This document shows, one piece after another, positions 1-9,671 of a stretch of 64,000 nt of DNA (the first letter of the stretch is position 1; each line of letters starts with the position of its first letter). The stretch is from Patescibacteria group bacterium (GTDB lineage: Bacteria > Patescibacteriota > Microgenomatia > Daviesbacterales > UBA10151). The position numbers and the translations under genes are program-made. The notes beneath the pieces are model-generated. The model was not told the DNA's origin, ran no database searches, and saw nothing but the letters and a program-made list of their open reading frames with translations. The DNA lies in NCBI GenBank assembly GCA_038064895.1, contig JBBTSA010000010.1, forward strand, positions 31,725 through 95,724, in the 5' to 3' direction.

Positions 1-1169
1 TTGTCATGAATTTCTGCTATTACCTCTTCCGGGGAAACTTTAATAGTATTTATTTTCCTGTTAATAAGGTAATTTACCACCTGGTTTACTTGAATACCCC
101 AACTCTTTCCTACCTCCATAACTCTTTCAAAGTATTCAGCCAATCCACTTTTTTCCACTAACATTTTTGCTTGTGTTTTATTTATACCATAGTCTTCTTC
201 AAATCTTTTGATCCTAATATTGGGCAATTCTGATAGAGATTTTTTTATTTGGTCTATTTTTTCTTTGTCAAAAAAAATTCCAGGCAAATCCGGTTCGGGA
301 AAATAGCGGTAATCATGAGCCTCTTCTTTACTCCTCTGCAAATATGTACACTTTTTGTCCTCATCCCATCCTCTTGTTTCTTGAGTTAGCCTCTCTCCTC
401 TTTTAAGAGCTTCTGTTTGTCTTTTAATTTCATACTCAATTGCTGCGACCATGAATCTGAAACTGTTTATATTCTTAAGCTCTACACGGTAATTAGGCAA
501 TTCACCATTTGACATTTGAGATTTGACATTTGAGATTTCTCGAAGCGATACATTCGCCTCTAGCCTCATATCTCCTTTTTCCATATCCGCATTAGAAACT
601 CCTAGGGACCTAAAAATTTGCTGAAGCTTTTTAGCATATTCTCTAACTTCTTCCGAAGATGAAAAATCAGGTTCTGTTACAATCTCAACTAAAGGCACTC
701 CGCTTCTGTTAAAATCAATCAATGTTTCCTTTCCAGCATGAGTTAATTTCCCTGTGTCTTCTTCTTGATGCACTCTATTAATCCTAATCCTTCTTTCTTT
801 CGATCCTTCTACCTCCCGACCTTTTGTCAGGAGGAAAGCTTTGCTTATTTCCAACCAGCCTTCTATACACAGTGGCCATCTGTATTGGGAGATTTGATAA
901 CCTTTAGGCAAATCAGGGTAAAAATAATTTTTTCTTTCAAAAAGGGAAGTCTCACTTATTTTACAATTTAGGGCCAAACCAATTTGAATACATTTTTTAA
1001 TAGCTTCCTCGTTAGTATAGGGGAGTGCCCCAGGAAGACCTAGACATACCGGACATGTGTGCGTATTTGGTTCTTTGCCAAAATAATCAGCAGAGCACCT
1101 ACAAAACATTTTGGATTTTGTATTAAGTTCTACATGCACTTCAATTCCAATTACAGGTTTGTAATTCAT
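1..1169 (-). CDS. gatB: Asp-tRNA(Asn)/Glu-tRNA(Gln) amidotransferase subunit B. Partial: the C-terminus runs off the window start. Missing from the ORF track because no stop lies in the window.
   Basis: Manual minus-strand translation from the ATG at 1169-1167 gives MNYKPVIGIEVHVELNTKSKMFCRCSADYFGKEPNTHTCPVCLGLPGALPY...NINSFRFMVAAIEYEIKRQ, a typical GatB N-terminus and core. The ATG overlaps the gatA stop as ATGA. Confidence 0.9.
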   Translation of the reverse strand, partial: MNYKPVIGIEVHVELNTKSKMFCRCSADYFGKEPNTHTCPVCLGLPGALPYTNEEAIKKCIQIGLALNCKISETSLFERKNYFYPDLPKGYQISQYRWPLCIEGWLEISKAFLLTKGREVEGSKERRIRINRVHQEEDTGKLTHAGKETLIDFNRSGVPLVEIVTEPDFSSSEEVREYAKKLQQIFRSLGVSNADMEKGDMRLEANVSLREISNVKSQMSNGELPNYRVELKNINSFRFMVAAIEYEIKRQTEALKRGERLTQETRGWDEDKKCTYLQRSKEEAHDYRYFPEPDLPGIFFDKEKIDQIKKSLSELPNIRIKRFEEDYGINKTQAKMLVEKSGLAEYFERVMEVGKSWGIQVNQVVNYLINRKINTIKVSPEEVIAEIHD

Positions 1170-2533
1170 AGTTGTGGTTTTTTGATATGCCACTCTGTTG
1201 CTTGTTCATAAGCTTCTCCCACACTAAGCACTGCTTCATCATCCATAAACTTCCCTAAAATTTGCAGCCCTACTGGTAAGCCATCTGAAAACCCACAAGG
1301 AATAGATAATCCTGGAATCCCAGCTAAAGAGGCTGGAACTGTATAAGCATCAGAAAGATACATCATTAAAGGATCTTTCATTTTTTCCCCAAAATCCCAA
1401 GCTACGGTAGGGGAGACTGGACCTACTATAACATCTACTTTTTCAAAGGCTTCATCAAAATCCTTTTTAATTAAGGTTCTTACTTTTGCAGCTTTTGCAA
1501 AGTAGTCATCATAATAGCCAGATGAGAGGGAATAAGTACCAAGCATGATTCTTCTTTTTGGCTCCGCTCCAAAATCTTCCCTATTAGATCCAAATCTTAC
1601 TCTATCAAACCGTGCTAAATTTGAGGAAACCTCAGAGGACATAATAATGTAATAAGTGGCCACAGCATATTCTGTATGTGGGAGTGAGATTTCCACCAAC
1701 CTAGCTCCTAGTTCCTCCAACTTATTTATTGCATCCTTAATAATTTTCTCAACTTTTGGATCCAACCCTTTTTCAAAATATTCTTTCGGCACCCCTACCC
1801 GTACACCTCGAAAGCTCGCTTCGCGAAGCGAGTGTTCTCTTGGTTTCGGCTTGGATTCACCTTCGAGGTGAGCACAGTTACTATCAAAGCCATCCGGCCC
1901 GGCAATCCAGTCTAAAATAAGTCTGGCATCAGCAACAGATTTAGTAAAAGATCCTGGTACATCCAGCGATGAAGCCATGGCAATCAACCCATACCTCGAT
2001 ACTCTACCATATGATGGTTTTAAACCTACCACACCACAAAGCGAAGCCGGTTGTCTGATAGAACCTCCTGTATCTGTACCTAGGGCAAAAACACAAAGGT
2101 CTGCTGCAACCGCTGCTGCAGAACCTGCAGAGCTTCCTCCCGGAACTTTAGTTACATCCCAGGGGTTTTTAGTGGGTCCATAGGCTGAATTTTCTCCTGA
2201 TGAACCCATTGCAAACTCATCCAGGTTTGTTTTCCCAATAATTGATACGTCATGTTTTAATAACCTATCTACTACTGTTGCATTAAAAGGAGGAATATAA
2301 TTACTCAATATTTTGGACCCTGCTGTAGTCCTGATGTTTTTGGTTGAAATGATGTCCTTAATTCCCGCAGGTATTCCGCGAGCATTTTTTTTAATTTCTA
2401 AAAAAATGTTAAGTTTTTTATTAAGGTTATAAATTTTTTCTAAATAAGCATTATTTAACTCTTCCTCTGAAAATTTTTTTTCCTTTAAGCCTTTTAAAGT
2501 TTCTGCTAATGTTAAAATTGTTATGTTATTCAT
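1166..2533 (-). CDS. gatA: Glu-tRNA(Gln) amidotransferase subunit A (amidase-signature enzyme)
   Basis: The 455-aa product carries the amidase signature [33 protein letters not shown]. It is translationally coupled to gatC upstream and gatB downstream. Confidence 0.95.
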   Translation of the reverse strand: [455 protein letters not shown]

Positions 2534-2810
2534 TGTCGAGTATTTTTTTTACAGAAAAAAATCCCTCCTTTTTTTGCGGAGCATTCAAAATTGCATCATT
2601 TTGAGGCTGACATTCCCCTATTTCATCGGCTCTCTGTATATTTTTTTGTCCTGAAACATTATATGTTGGTTCTACTTTTGAGGTATCAACTTTATTTAGC
2701 TGCTCAATATAATCCAAAATTTTGGAGAGTTGTTGGGAATATTTTTCCTCTTCATCAGAAGTTAGTGGTAAATTTGCAAGTTTTGCTACTTTCTTAACAT
2801 CAATCTTCAT
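2526..2810 (-). CDS. gatC: Glu-tRNA(Gln) amidotransferase subunit C
   Basis: The 94-aa product MKIDVKKVAKLANLPLTSDEEEKYSQQLSKILDYIEQL... matches the GatC pattern. Its position directly 5' of gatA gives the gatCAB order. Confidence 0.85.
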   Translation of the reverse strand: MKIDVKKVAKLANLPLTSDEEEKYSQQLSKILDYIEQLNKVDTSKVEPTYNVSGQKNIQRADEIGECQPQNDAILNAPQKKEGFFSVKKILDNE

Positions 2811-2817
2811 TCCCTAA

Positions 2818-3744
2818 TTATACTTTTCCTTCCATTTCGCGGAGGGCTTTGACACGGATTTCAACTGGAGGATGGGTGTTGAAAAGTCCGGCCATAAAGG
2901 CTACAGCTTCTTTTCCTTTTAAGGGATTTATAATGTAAAGATGGGCTGTGCCGCGATTTGCAACCTCCAAAGGCTCCCTATCTTTAGAAATCTTAAGAAG
3001 AGCATTTGCTAAACCAGATGGATATCTTGTTAATAAAACACCGGAAGCATCTGCTAAAAGCTCCCTTCTTCTGGAAACCGCAAGCTGGATTAATATAGCA
3101 ATAATTGGGGCTAAAATAGCTGTGATGATGGCAAGTATCATAAAAAGCTGATTACCCCTACTATCTCTATCACTATGACCTCCATACCACAGAGACCTCA
3201 TATAAAAATCTGCCAAAGTAGCAATAGTTCCGACTAAAACTGAAACAACCGCCATTACTAAAGTATCTCTATTCCCAACATGAGAAAGCTCATGAGCAGT
3301 TACACCCTCCAGTTCCTGTTTATTTAATTTCTGTAAAATTCCGGTTGTAAAAGCAATTGCAGCATGTTTTGGATCCCTGCCTGTGGCAAAAGCGTTGGGG
3401 GCAGAATCATCAATCATATAAATCTTGGGCAAAGGTAAGCCTGCTGCTATACAAAGATTTTCAACGGTTCTAAAAAGAGTGGGGTTATCCTTTTTGGCAA
3501 TAGGCTTGGCCCTAGATACACCTAAAACAATCTTATCCGACCAGTAATAGGAGACGAAGTTCATTACCCCTGCCATAATTAAGGCAAAGCCCACTATTCC
3601 CAATCCCCCTACCTCTCCGTAACCAAATCCCTGGGCTATCAAATAAACCGCCCCTATTGTAAAAAGGCTAAAGAAAAACATTATCAGCCAGGTCTTAAAA
3701 GTATTAGCCGAAACCTGATCCCAAGCAGTATTAACGGTGGTCAT
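2818..3744 (-). CDS. htpX: M48-family zinc metalloprotease HtpX homologue
   Basis: HEXXH motif (HELSHVGNRD) with N-terminal TM helices. It is paired with an upstream LemA gene, a common arrangement. Confidence 0.85.
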   Translation of the reverse strand: MTTVNTAWDQVSANTFKTWLIMFFFSLFTIGAVYLIAQGFGYGEVGGLGIVGFALIMAGVMNFVSYYWSDKIVLGVSRAKPIAKKDNPTLFRTVENLCIAAGLPLPKIYMIDDSAPNAFATGRDPKHAAIAFTTGILQKLNKQELEGVTAHELSHVGNRDTLVMAVVSVLVGTIATLADFYMRSLWYGGHSDRDSRGNQLFMILAIITAILAPIIAILIQLAVSRRRELLADASGVLLTRYPSGLANALLKISKDREPLEVANRGTAHLYIINPLKGKEAVAFMAGLFNTHPPVEIRVKALREMEGKV

Positions 3745-3771
3745 TGTGGGGATATTTTAGCACAAAATGAG

Positions 3772-4326
3772 TTAGAACTTCACATTCACTTCTTTTTTCT
3801 CTTCATCAGTTGCTTTAAAAAAGTCTTCTTTTTGGAAGTTAAACATACTTCCTATCCAAGCAGAGGGGATTTGTTCCAAAGAATTATTTAAATCCAAAAC
3901 ATTAGTATTATAAAACTGTCTGGCTGCTGCTACTTTTGTTTCTGTATCAGATAACTCCTCCTGAAGTTGTTTAAAATTTTCAGATGCTTTAAGATCAGGA
4001 TAAGCTTCTGCAACAGCAAAAAGATTTTTTAACATTCCGGACAATAAATCATTTGCTGCAGCTTTCTCATGAGGAGATTTTGCTCCAACCATAGCAGCTC
4101 TAGCCTTGGTAACATTTTCTAAAAGAGTTTTTTCATGTTTTGCATATCCCTTAACTGCCTCAACCAAGTTTGGTATCAAAGATGCCCTTCTTTTAAGCTG
4201 AACATCAATCTGTGACCAGGCTTCACGGACCCGGTTACGAAGACTAACTAAACCATTATAGGTAAAAAGTAACCATAAAGTAAGTACAACTATTACTCCA
4301 ATAACTGCGTATGTCAGCATTACCAT
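3772..4326 (-). CDS. lemA: LemA-family membrane protein
   Basis: N-terminal TM helix followed by NGLVSLRNRVREAWSQIDVQLKRRASLIPNLVEAVKGYAKHEK, the conserved LemA core. Confidence 0.8.
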   Translation of the reverse strand: MVMLTYAVIGVIVVLTLWLLFTYNGLVSLRNRVREAWSQIDVQLKRRASLIPNLVEAVKGYAKHEKTLLENVTKARAAMVGAKSPHEKAAANDLLSGMLKNLFAVAEAYPDLKASENFKQLQEELSDTETKVAAARQFYNTNVLDLNNSLEQIPSAWIGSMFNFQKEDFFKATDEEKKEVNVKF

Positions 4327-4352
4327 ATCATAAACTATTTAACGGATTATGT

Positions 4353-7300
4353 CTATCTATGAGATTTTCTGTAGAGGTAATATCCGGCTCCAAGTAACCC
4401 TATGCCTAATAGGACTACTAAAAACAGATTGTTGTCTCGTGGTGCTATTTTATAATCAACCGGCTCCGGGCTAACAAAATCTCCTTCACGTTCAGCACTC
4501 TCAGATGCTTCTTCTGTAGAAATTGTTGCCTCTTCATCAGCTGCATAAACATCTTTTGCCCCGAGTACCCCGCTTAAAGTTTCTACAACCGATGTGGCAA
4601 TCCCTAAAACCGCACCGCTACCTGCTTTTGCTGAAAGCTCATTTGAAGAATCTCCCGTAGCACAGTTGTTGGCTGCTCTTACTTTGAAGTAATAAGTTAC
4701 TCCAGGCTCCAACCCGTTAATTACAAAGCTTGTCACATTCCCGGTATTTGACACTCCGAATGTATATTTACCGGGAGCAGGACCATACTCTATTATATAG
4801 TGGGTTAGGGGATCTTTTGCCTTATCCCAAGTTAAAGTGATCTGACCCTTCCCTGTTGATTTAGCAGAAAGCAATACCGGAATACTTCCAGGTTTACTAT
4901 CGCCACAAATAGGCGCACCTGCGGTTGAGGGACCGCCAACTCCTCCGCCGACAGCCGGTTGAGAAGCAGCTGTGGTAATGCTGAATTCGGATGAAACCGC
5001 TTCGGGAGAACCAGCAGAAACAACTCTATAGAAATATGTAGTTTGAGGAGTAAGTACGGTCAACGTGACACTATGGTTGGTAACTTTTGGAGATGTATCA
5101 AACGTATCGGTTGAGTTAGCATATCCATAATTTGGAGCAGAATCCAAAGTTGGGTGGGAAGTAGTATCATAAATTACTCTTGAAGATGTTGGGTCGTCCG
5201 TAGTCCAGTTAATCACTACCCCATTTGGGCTTATAGAGCCTGTGCTTACACTGCTTTGAGGAATAAAAGTTGCAATATCTACAATTTGGTCAAAAACCGT
5301 AATATTTCCGGCATTATCCAAAGCAGTAATCCGTAAAGTATAAGTATTTAGCACCAAAGGATTGGTATCCCAAACAGCAGTAAAAGGTAAGGATGTTAAG
5401 ATGGCAATATCATGGAACGAATCTAGCCCGTCATTTCTCTTATAAGAAAATACAACTTGAGCAACTCCATTGGTATCTGATACAACAGCCTCAAGCGTTA
5501 CATTTCCGGAAACAGTTGAACCGGCAAGAGGTGTGGTAAAACTTATTGAAGGCCCTATGCTATCCCAAGTTAGGGTAAAAGATGAGGAGTTTATGTTGCC
5601 GACGTTATCAGAAATTGTCAGCTGTATAACATATACACCATCCAAATCAGCAGAAACTGTTGTATTTAATGCATTCGGAGTGCCGAAAGTTATGATTCCA
5701 GGTCCTGAAACTTGAGACCAAACAGTTGAGGCTACCCCTGATAATAAATCAGAAGCTGTGCCTGTTTGAGTAAACTGTGTTTTTTGAACTTGATTTAATC
5801 CCGCATCTGCTGTCGGAGGGGTTGTATCAATCATTACTTGATTTACTGCGGATTTTGTATCTTCCTGATTTCCTGATAAATCAATTGAATAAAACTTAAT
5901 TGTATAGATACCTTCGGCACTTAATGTAAAGCTTGAGGAGGTACCATTAACAACTACCCTTGTTGGGGAATTTGTCGGATCAGACCCATCAGTTGTATAA
6001 ACTATCTGCATGCAGCCGCTTAAATTATCAGTGCAGGCTAAAGTTACTGTTACGGGATCTTTATGCCATAAATTATCAGTTCCAACATCTGTTGTTGTCG
6101 GTTTTTCAATGTCAACTGCAACTTGGGATGTAGATTCATTGCTCTCATTACCTGCTGCATCAACTGATTTTACAAAAAAGTCCCAGATGCCTTGTGTTAA
6201 ATTTGTAACAGCAGATGTCACATCCGGGGCAACTATACCCGAAGGCCCGGCTACTGCTCCCAACATAGTCCTCCAAAGATATTGAACAACTCCTGATGTA
6301 GCATCGCTTGAGGCAATCCAATTCCAAGTTTGAGAAGTGGAGCCTGTTGGAGTAGTAGTAACAGGTACTCCGGGATCAGATGGATTGACTCTGTCTACCA
6401 TATAAGTACCGGTAAATGTAGATTGTCTACCTGAAACATCTGTTATTAAGAGATTTAGGATGTGAGTACCATCGCCCGGAAAAGTTGAGGCCAAATCAGT
6501 CCCTGATATAACTTCGACAGATGGAGCGCTATCCCAGCCATAAAGTATGGAAGCTACATCAGAACCCGGCAGGACATCAGTACCGGTAACTGTGATAGAG
6601 GGCAAAGTGTTTTGCCATAAGGCAGATGATCCGGTTACTGAAACTGTTGGGTCCAAAGTGTCCAGTCTATATGTTGCGGAATATGTGGACTGGTTACCTG
6701 CTAAATCCTCAACATAGATATTAAGCGTATGGACTCCGTCTGAAGGAACAGCTGTTGTGGCGCCGTTTGTAAAAAGTGTTCCTGAAGTTGCATCTGCTGT
6801 ACTATCCCAACTATATCTTGCAAAATTTACTCCTGATAAAACATCAGATATTGAGAGAGTAATTGTAGGATTCGATTGGAACCATCCTGAAATAACATTA
6901 TCGGATGAAGCAGTCGGACTTGCAGTATCCCAAACTAACGTAAAGGTTGAAGTTGTAGAATTTCCTGCATTATCTGTAATTGTTAATCTAATAACATAAA
7001 TTCCATCTTGGTCTGCTGAAATTGTTGTTGTAATGGAAGATGATGAACCAAAAGTTATATTTCCAGGTCCGGAAACTTTTGACCAAACATTTGATGCTAT
7101 ACCGGAGGAAGGATCCGGATCAGAAGCTGTACCGGTTTGTGTAAATAAAGTATTTGCTGTTTTATCAGACCCCGAAGATACGATAGGACTTGCAGTATCC
7201 CAAATCATTGTAAAATCTGAACTGGAAGAATTTCCAGCATTATCTGTAACTGTTAATCTAATTACATACTCTCCATCTGTATCAGCTGAAATTGTTGTTG

Positions 7301-9530
7301 AAAGATCATTAACATTTCCAAATGTAATGGTTTCGGGACCTGAAAGTTTGGACCATGTTGTAGTTGCAACGCCGGATGTTATATCAGATGCGGTACCTGT
7401 TTGGGTAAATTGAGAATTGGTTACAACATCCAATCCTGCTGAAACATCAGGTTGGGTTGTATCCCAAATCAGGGTGAATTCAGCAAAAGAAGAATTGCCG
7501 GCATTATCCAAAACAGTTAGTCTTAAAACATAAGTCCCATCCAAGTCAGCACTAATATCTGTAGTAAGAGAGTCGGAATTACTAAAGGTAATAATGCCCG
7601 TTCCGGAAACCTTAGACCAGGTAGTGGATGCTACTGCAGAAGATGGAGCAGGATCGTTTACTGTAGCGGTTTTTGAAAATTCGGTGTTTGTTGTTATATT
7701 GGACCCAACATTCACGGTTGCGGGAAAAGTATCCCAAGTTAAGTTGAATGTTTGGGATGCACTGTTGCCTGCGCTATCTGCAACAGTTAATCTTAAAACG
7801 TAAACTCCATCAGCTGATGCTGAAATTGTGGTAGTTAAAGCATTTGCGCTCCCAAATGTAATATCCCCGGGGCCTGAATCTTTAGACCAAGTGATGGTGC
7901 CAATTCCTGAAGATGGAGCTGGATCAGATACAGTCCCTGTTTGGCTAAATACTCCGTTTCTAACCTGATTTGATCCTGCTGAAACAGTTGGTGTAACAGT
8001 ATCTTTGGTGGAAGAAGTTGTGGCAGCTAAAGAGTTGTTTCCGGCTGTATCTTTCACTGTAATGGTTAAAATTAAGCTGCCGTCTGCCAAAGATGAAATG
8101 TTTATTCCGCTGATAGTAAATACGCCCGATCCTGGAATAGAAATTGTACCTGAAACAGATAAACTGCCATCAGCAACAGTCCAATTTGCAGCACCCCCTG
8201 CTTCACCGCTGCCTGAAATAGAAATATTTGTTTGGTTTCCCTGATTAATAGGATTAGTTATTGTTAGATTTGAGGCTTGAGCAGGGGCTACAGTATCTTT
8301 AAAAGCAGAAGCTGTGGTATTTGCAGATGAATAGCTACCGGAGGTCAAATTGACAGTTAAAGTCAAAGGCCCGTCAGGTAAGCTTGAAACATTTATACCG
8401 GTTATGTTGATTGTGCCGGTTCCTGATACAGTCCCTGTGCCGGAAACTGATCCAGAAGTACCGGCTATTGTATAGTTTACCGTAGCATTAGCGGCACCTG
8501 TTCCTGAAATCGTAACATTTGTTTGATTTCCGCTGTTAACCGGATTTGTTAGTGAAACGGCTGGGGTAGCAATAGAAATAGAAGTTGTAATGCCTGTGAT
8601 AATCACAGGAGTTGTTTCTAAAATAAAAGCGGTTACAGACGGATTGCCGGAACCTATAAATGTAAGCTGCTTATTTACATGAACCGTTTCGTTGTAAGGG
8701 GATCCTGTTGAACCGACATTTATTGTATCTCCGTTGGCTGCCGTATTAACAGCTGCCTGGATTGTTGTAAAACAGGTTGTGGGGGGATTCGTACCAACAA
8801 TTACGTTATCACAGTCGGCTTGTGTATTGGGATTCACTACCACAAAAACAGTAAAATGATCTAAATCATGAATTGTAAACGTACCATCACCATTATTTGT
8901 TATATTTTGAGTAACTTGTGTACCCGGGGATAAATCGTTTACAGAGGAAGCATATAGAACTTTAAAATTCGTTGTTCCCGCAGGAACAGGAAGAGTAAGA
9001 TTATACTTAAAAGTCCCGTTTGGCATTGACGATGTAATTTCATAAACACTGTTTGAAAGTGCTCCCAAATCAGCTACTTGAGATTCAGACAGACTTCCCT
9101 GTGATATGTTTAAATTCCCTGCTGCGCCGGAAATAGAAATAAATTTAACTCTTACTTCGTTGTTTGGATTTGCGTAAGTAACATTTATTGAAACAAGTTC
9201 TACAGTCGGTTGATTTGGTGCGGGTGAAAGAGTTAGTGTGGGTGAAGGATCTGCAGATGGTAACAGATTAGGCGTTGTACTGGGGGAAACGGAGGGCTCC
9301 GGGCTAGGACTGGGTTCTGGTGTAGGAGATGGAACGGGACCGGGAGAGGTTGAAAGCTCCGGACTGGATACAGTTGGCTCAGGACTTGCAGACGATGGGA
9401 CTAGAGCAGGCAGTTGGGCTGATGCACTTGCCTGCGGTGAGGGTGATGGAGTTTCCTCCGCAAGGACTGTTTTACCACATACAAAGCTAATTAGTACTAA
9501 AAGCAGTAGTATAAAAATTTTTTTAAACAT
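4353..9530 (-). CDS. Giant (1725 aa) secreted cell-surface protein. It has a signal peptide, a Pro/Ser/Glu-rich linker, Ig-like domains, at least 5 PKD-like repeats, FN3-like C-terminal domains, and a C-terminal TM helix with a basic tail. Function is probably adhesin or surface-layer-like.
   Basis: Signal peptide MFKKIFILLLLVLISFVCGKTVLA, then (S/P/E)-rich low-complexity linker. Repeats of about 100 aa have the pattern Dxx.P....G......F.QTGTxSD..SG....WSKVSGPG.ITFG......T.ISAD.DG.YV.RLT..DNAGN...FTL.WDT, which resembles PKD. C-terminal ...YYFKVRAANN (FN3-like), then LFLVVLLGIGLLGAGYYLYRKSHR (TM plus basic tail). Confidence 0.8.
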   Translation of the reverse strand: MFKKIFILLLLVLISFVCGKTVLAEETPSPSPQASASAQLPALVPSSASPEPTVSSPELSTSPGPVPSPTPEPSPSPEPSVSPSTTPNLLPSADPSPTLTLSPAPNQPTVELVSINVTYANPNNEVRVKFISISGAAGNLNISQGSLSESQVADLGALSNSVYEITSSMPNGTFKYNLTLPVPAGTTNFKVLYASSVNDLSPGTQVTQNITNNGDGTFTIHDLDHFTVFVVVNPNTQADCDNVIVGTNPPTTCFTTIQAAVNTAANGDTINVGSTGSPYNETVHVNKQLTFIGSGNPSVTAFILETTPVIITGITTSISIATPAVSLTNPVNSGNQTNVTISGTGAANATVNYTIAGTSGSVSGTGTVSGTGTINITGINVSSLPDGPLTLTVNLTSGSYSSANTTASAFKDTVAPAQASNLTITNPINQGNQTNISISGSGEAGGAANWTVADGSLSVSGTISIPGSGVFTISGINISSLADGSLILTITVKDTAGNNSLAATTSSTKDTVTPTVSAGSNQVRNGVFSQTGTVSDPAPSSGIGTITWSKDSGPGDITFGSANALTTTISASADGVYVLRLTVADSAGNSASQTFNLTWDTFPATVNVGSNITTNTEFSKTATVNDPAPSSAVASTTWSKVSGTGIITFSNSDSLTTDISADLDGTYVLRLTVLDNAGNSSFAEFTLIWDTTQPDVSAGLDVVTNSQFTQTGTASDITSGVATTTWSKLSGPETITFGNVNDLSTTISADTDGEYVIRLTVTDNAGNSSSSDFTMIWDTASPIVSSGSDKTANTLFTQTGTASDPDPSSGIASNVWSKVSGPGNITFGSSSSITTTISADQDGIYVIRLTITDNAGNSTTSTFTLVWDTASPTASSDNVISGWFQSNPTITLSISDVLSGVNFARYSWDSTADATSGTLFTNGATTAVPSDGVHTLNIYVEDLAGNQSTYSATYRLDTLDPTVSVTGSSALWQNTLPSITVTGTDVLPGSDVASILYGWDSAPSVEVISGTDLASTFPGDGTHILNLLITDVSGRQSTFTGTYMVDRVNPSDPGVPVTTTPTGSTSQTWNWIASSDATSGVVQYLWRTMLGAVAGPSGIVAPDVTSAVTNLTQGIWDFFVKSVDAAGNESNESTSQVAVDIEKPTTTDVGTDNLWHKDPVTVTLACTDNLSGCMQIVYTTDGSDPTNSPTRVVVNGTSSSFTLSAEGIYTIKFYSIDLSGNQEDTKSAVNQVMIDTTPPTADAGLNQVQKTQFTQTGTASDLLSGVASTVWSQVSGPGIITFGTPNALNTTVSADLDGVYVIQLTISDNVGNINSSSFTLTWDSIGPSISFTTPLAGSTVSGNVTLEAVVSDTNGVAQVVFSYKRNDGLDSFHDIAILTSLPFTAVWDTNPLVLNTYTLRITALDNAGNITVFDQIVDIATFIPQSSVSTGSISPNGVVINWTTDDPTSSRVIYDTTSHPTLDSAPNYGYANSTDTFDTSPKVTNHSVTLTVLTPQTTYFYRVVSAGSPEAVSSEFSITTAASQPAVGGGVGGPSTAGAPICGDSKPGSIPVLLSAKSTGKGQITLTWDKAKDPLTHYIIEYGPAPGKYTFGVSNTGNVTSFVINGLEPGVTYYFKVRAANNCATGDSSNELSAKAGSGAVLGIATSVVETLSGVLGAKDVYAADEEATISTEEASESAEREGDFVSPEPVDYKIAPRDNNLFLVVLLGIGLLGAGYYLYRKSHR
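6650..7950 (-). repeat. In-gene tandem DNA repeats of about 270-300 bp encoding consecutive PKD-like domains. A fifth, separated copy lies near 5500-5800.
   Basis: Plus-strand shadow ORFs at 6757-6999, 7033-7413 and 7594-7803 all end in the same motif (FPALSVxVNLIT), about 270 or 540 bp apart. The minus-strand protein shows four back-to-back homologous units of about 100 aa. Confidence 0.6.
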
Positions 9531-9671
9531 TTTTATGGGACAGGTCTTGGGGGCAGAAATGGGTAGGCTAGAGGCAGAAAAAATCTAGTAGTTGCGAATA
9601 CTATAACGTTTTAATTGAAATGTCAATACTTCAACTTCGCTCAGTATTGACCCTGAGTAGAATCGAATGGG

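Noticed and set aside
511-538. Perfect 14-bp tandem duplication (gacatttgagattt x2) inside gatB
   Set aside because: It encodes ISNVKSQMSN in a variable GatB loop, and the frame is conserved on both sides. It is likely an old slippage event with no evident consequence. It is neither a CRISPR nor a regulatory repeat.
4353-4480. PEP-CTERM or LPXTG sorting signal at the C-terminus of the giant protein
   Set aside because: A PEP tripeptide exists (VSPEPVDY) but lies about 12 residues before the TM helix rather than directly adjacent. There is no LPXTG motif. It is treated as a generic TM anchor with a basic tail.
6650-7950. Possibility that the regularly spaced repeats are a CRISPR array
   Set aside because: The repeats are about 270 bp, protein-coding and in frame (PKD domains), with no short palindromic repeat/unique spacer organisation and no cas genes. 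No CRISPR array was found anywhere in the window.
5470-9588. Plus-strand ORFs (5470-5715, 6010-6285, 6757-6999, 7033-7413, 7594-7803, 8005-8244, 9238-9588) inside the giant surface-protein gene
   Set aside because: They are antisense shadow frames of a Ser/Thr/Gly-rich repetitive gene. Their shared FPALSV.VNLIT endings simply mirror the PKD repeats on the minus strand.
9600-9670. Hairpin GTCAATACT-N12-AGTATTGAC downstream of polX as a Rho-independent terminator
   Set aside because: The stem is only moderately GC-poor and is not followed by a clear U-tract on the minus strand. It could equally belong to the promoter region of the divergent or adjacent giant gene. The evidence is too weak to call as a feature.
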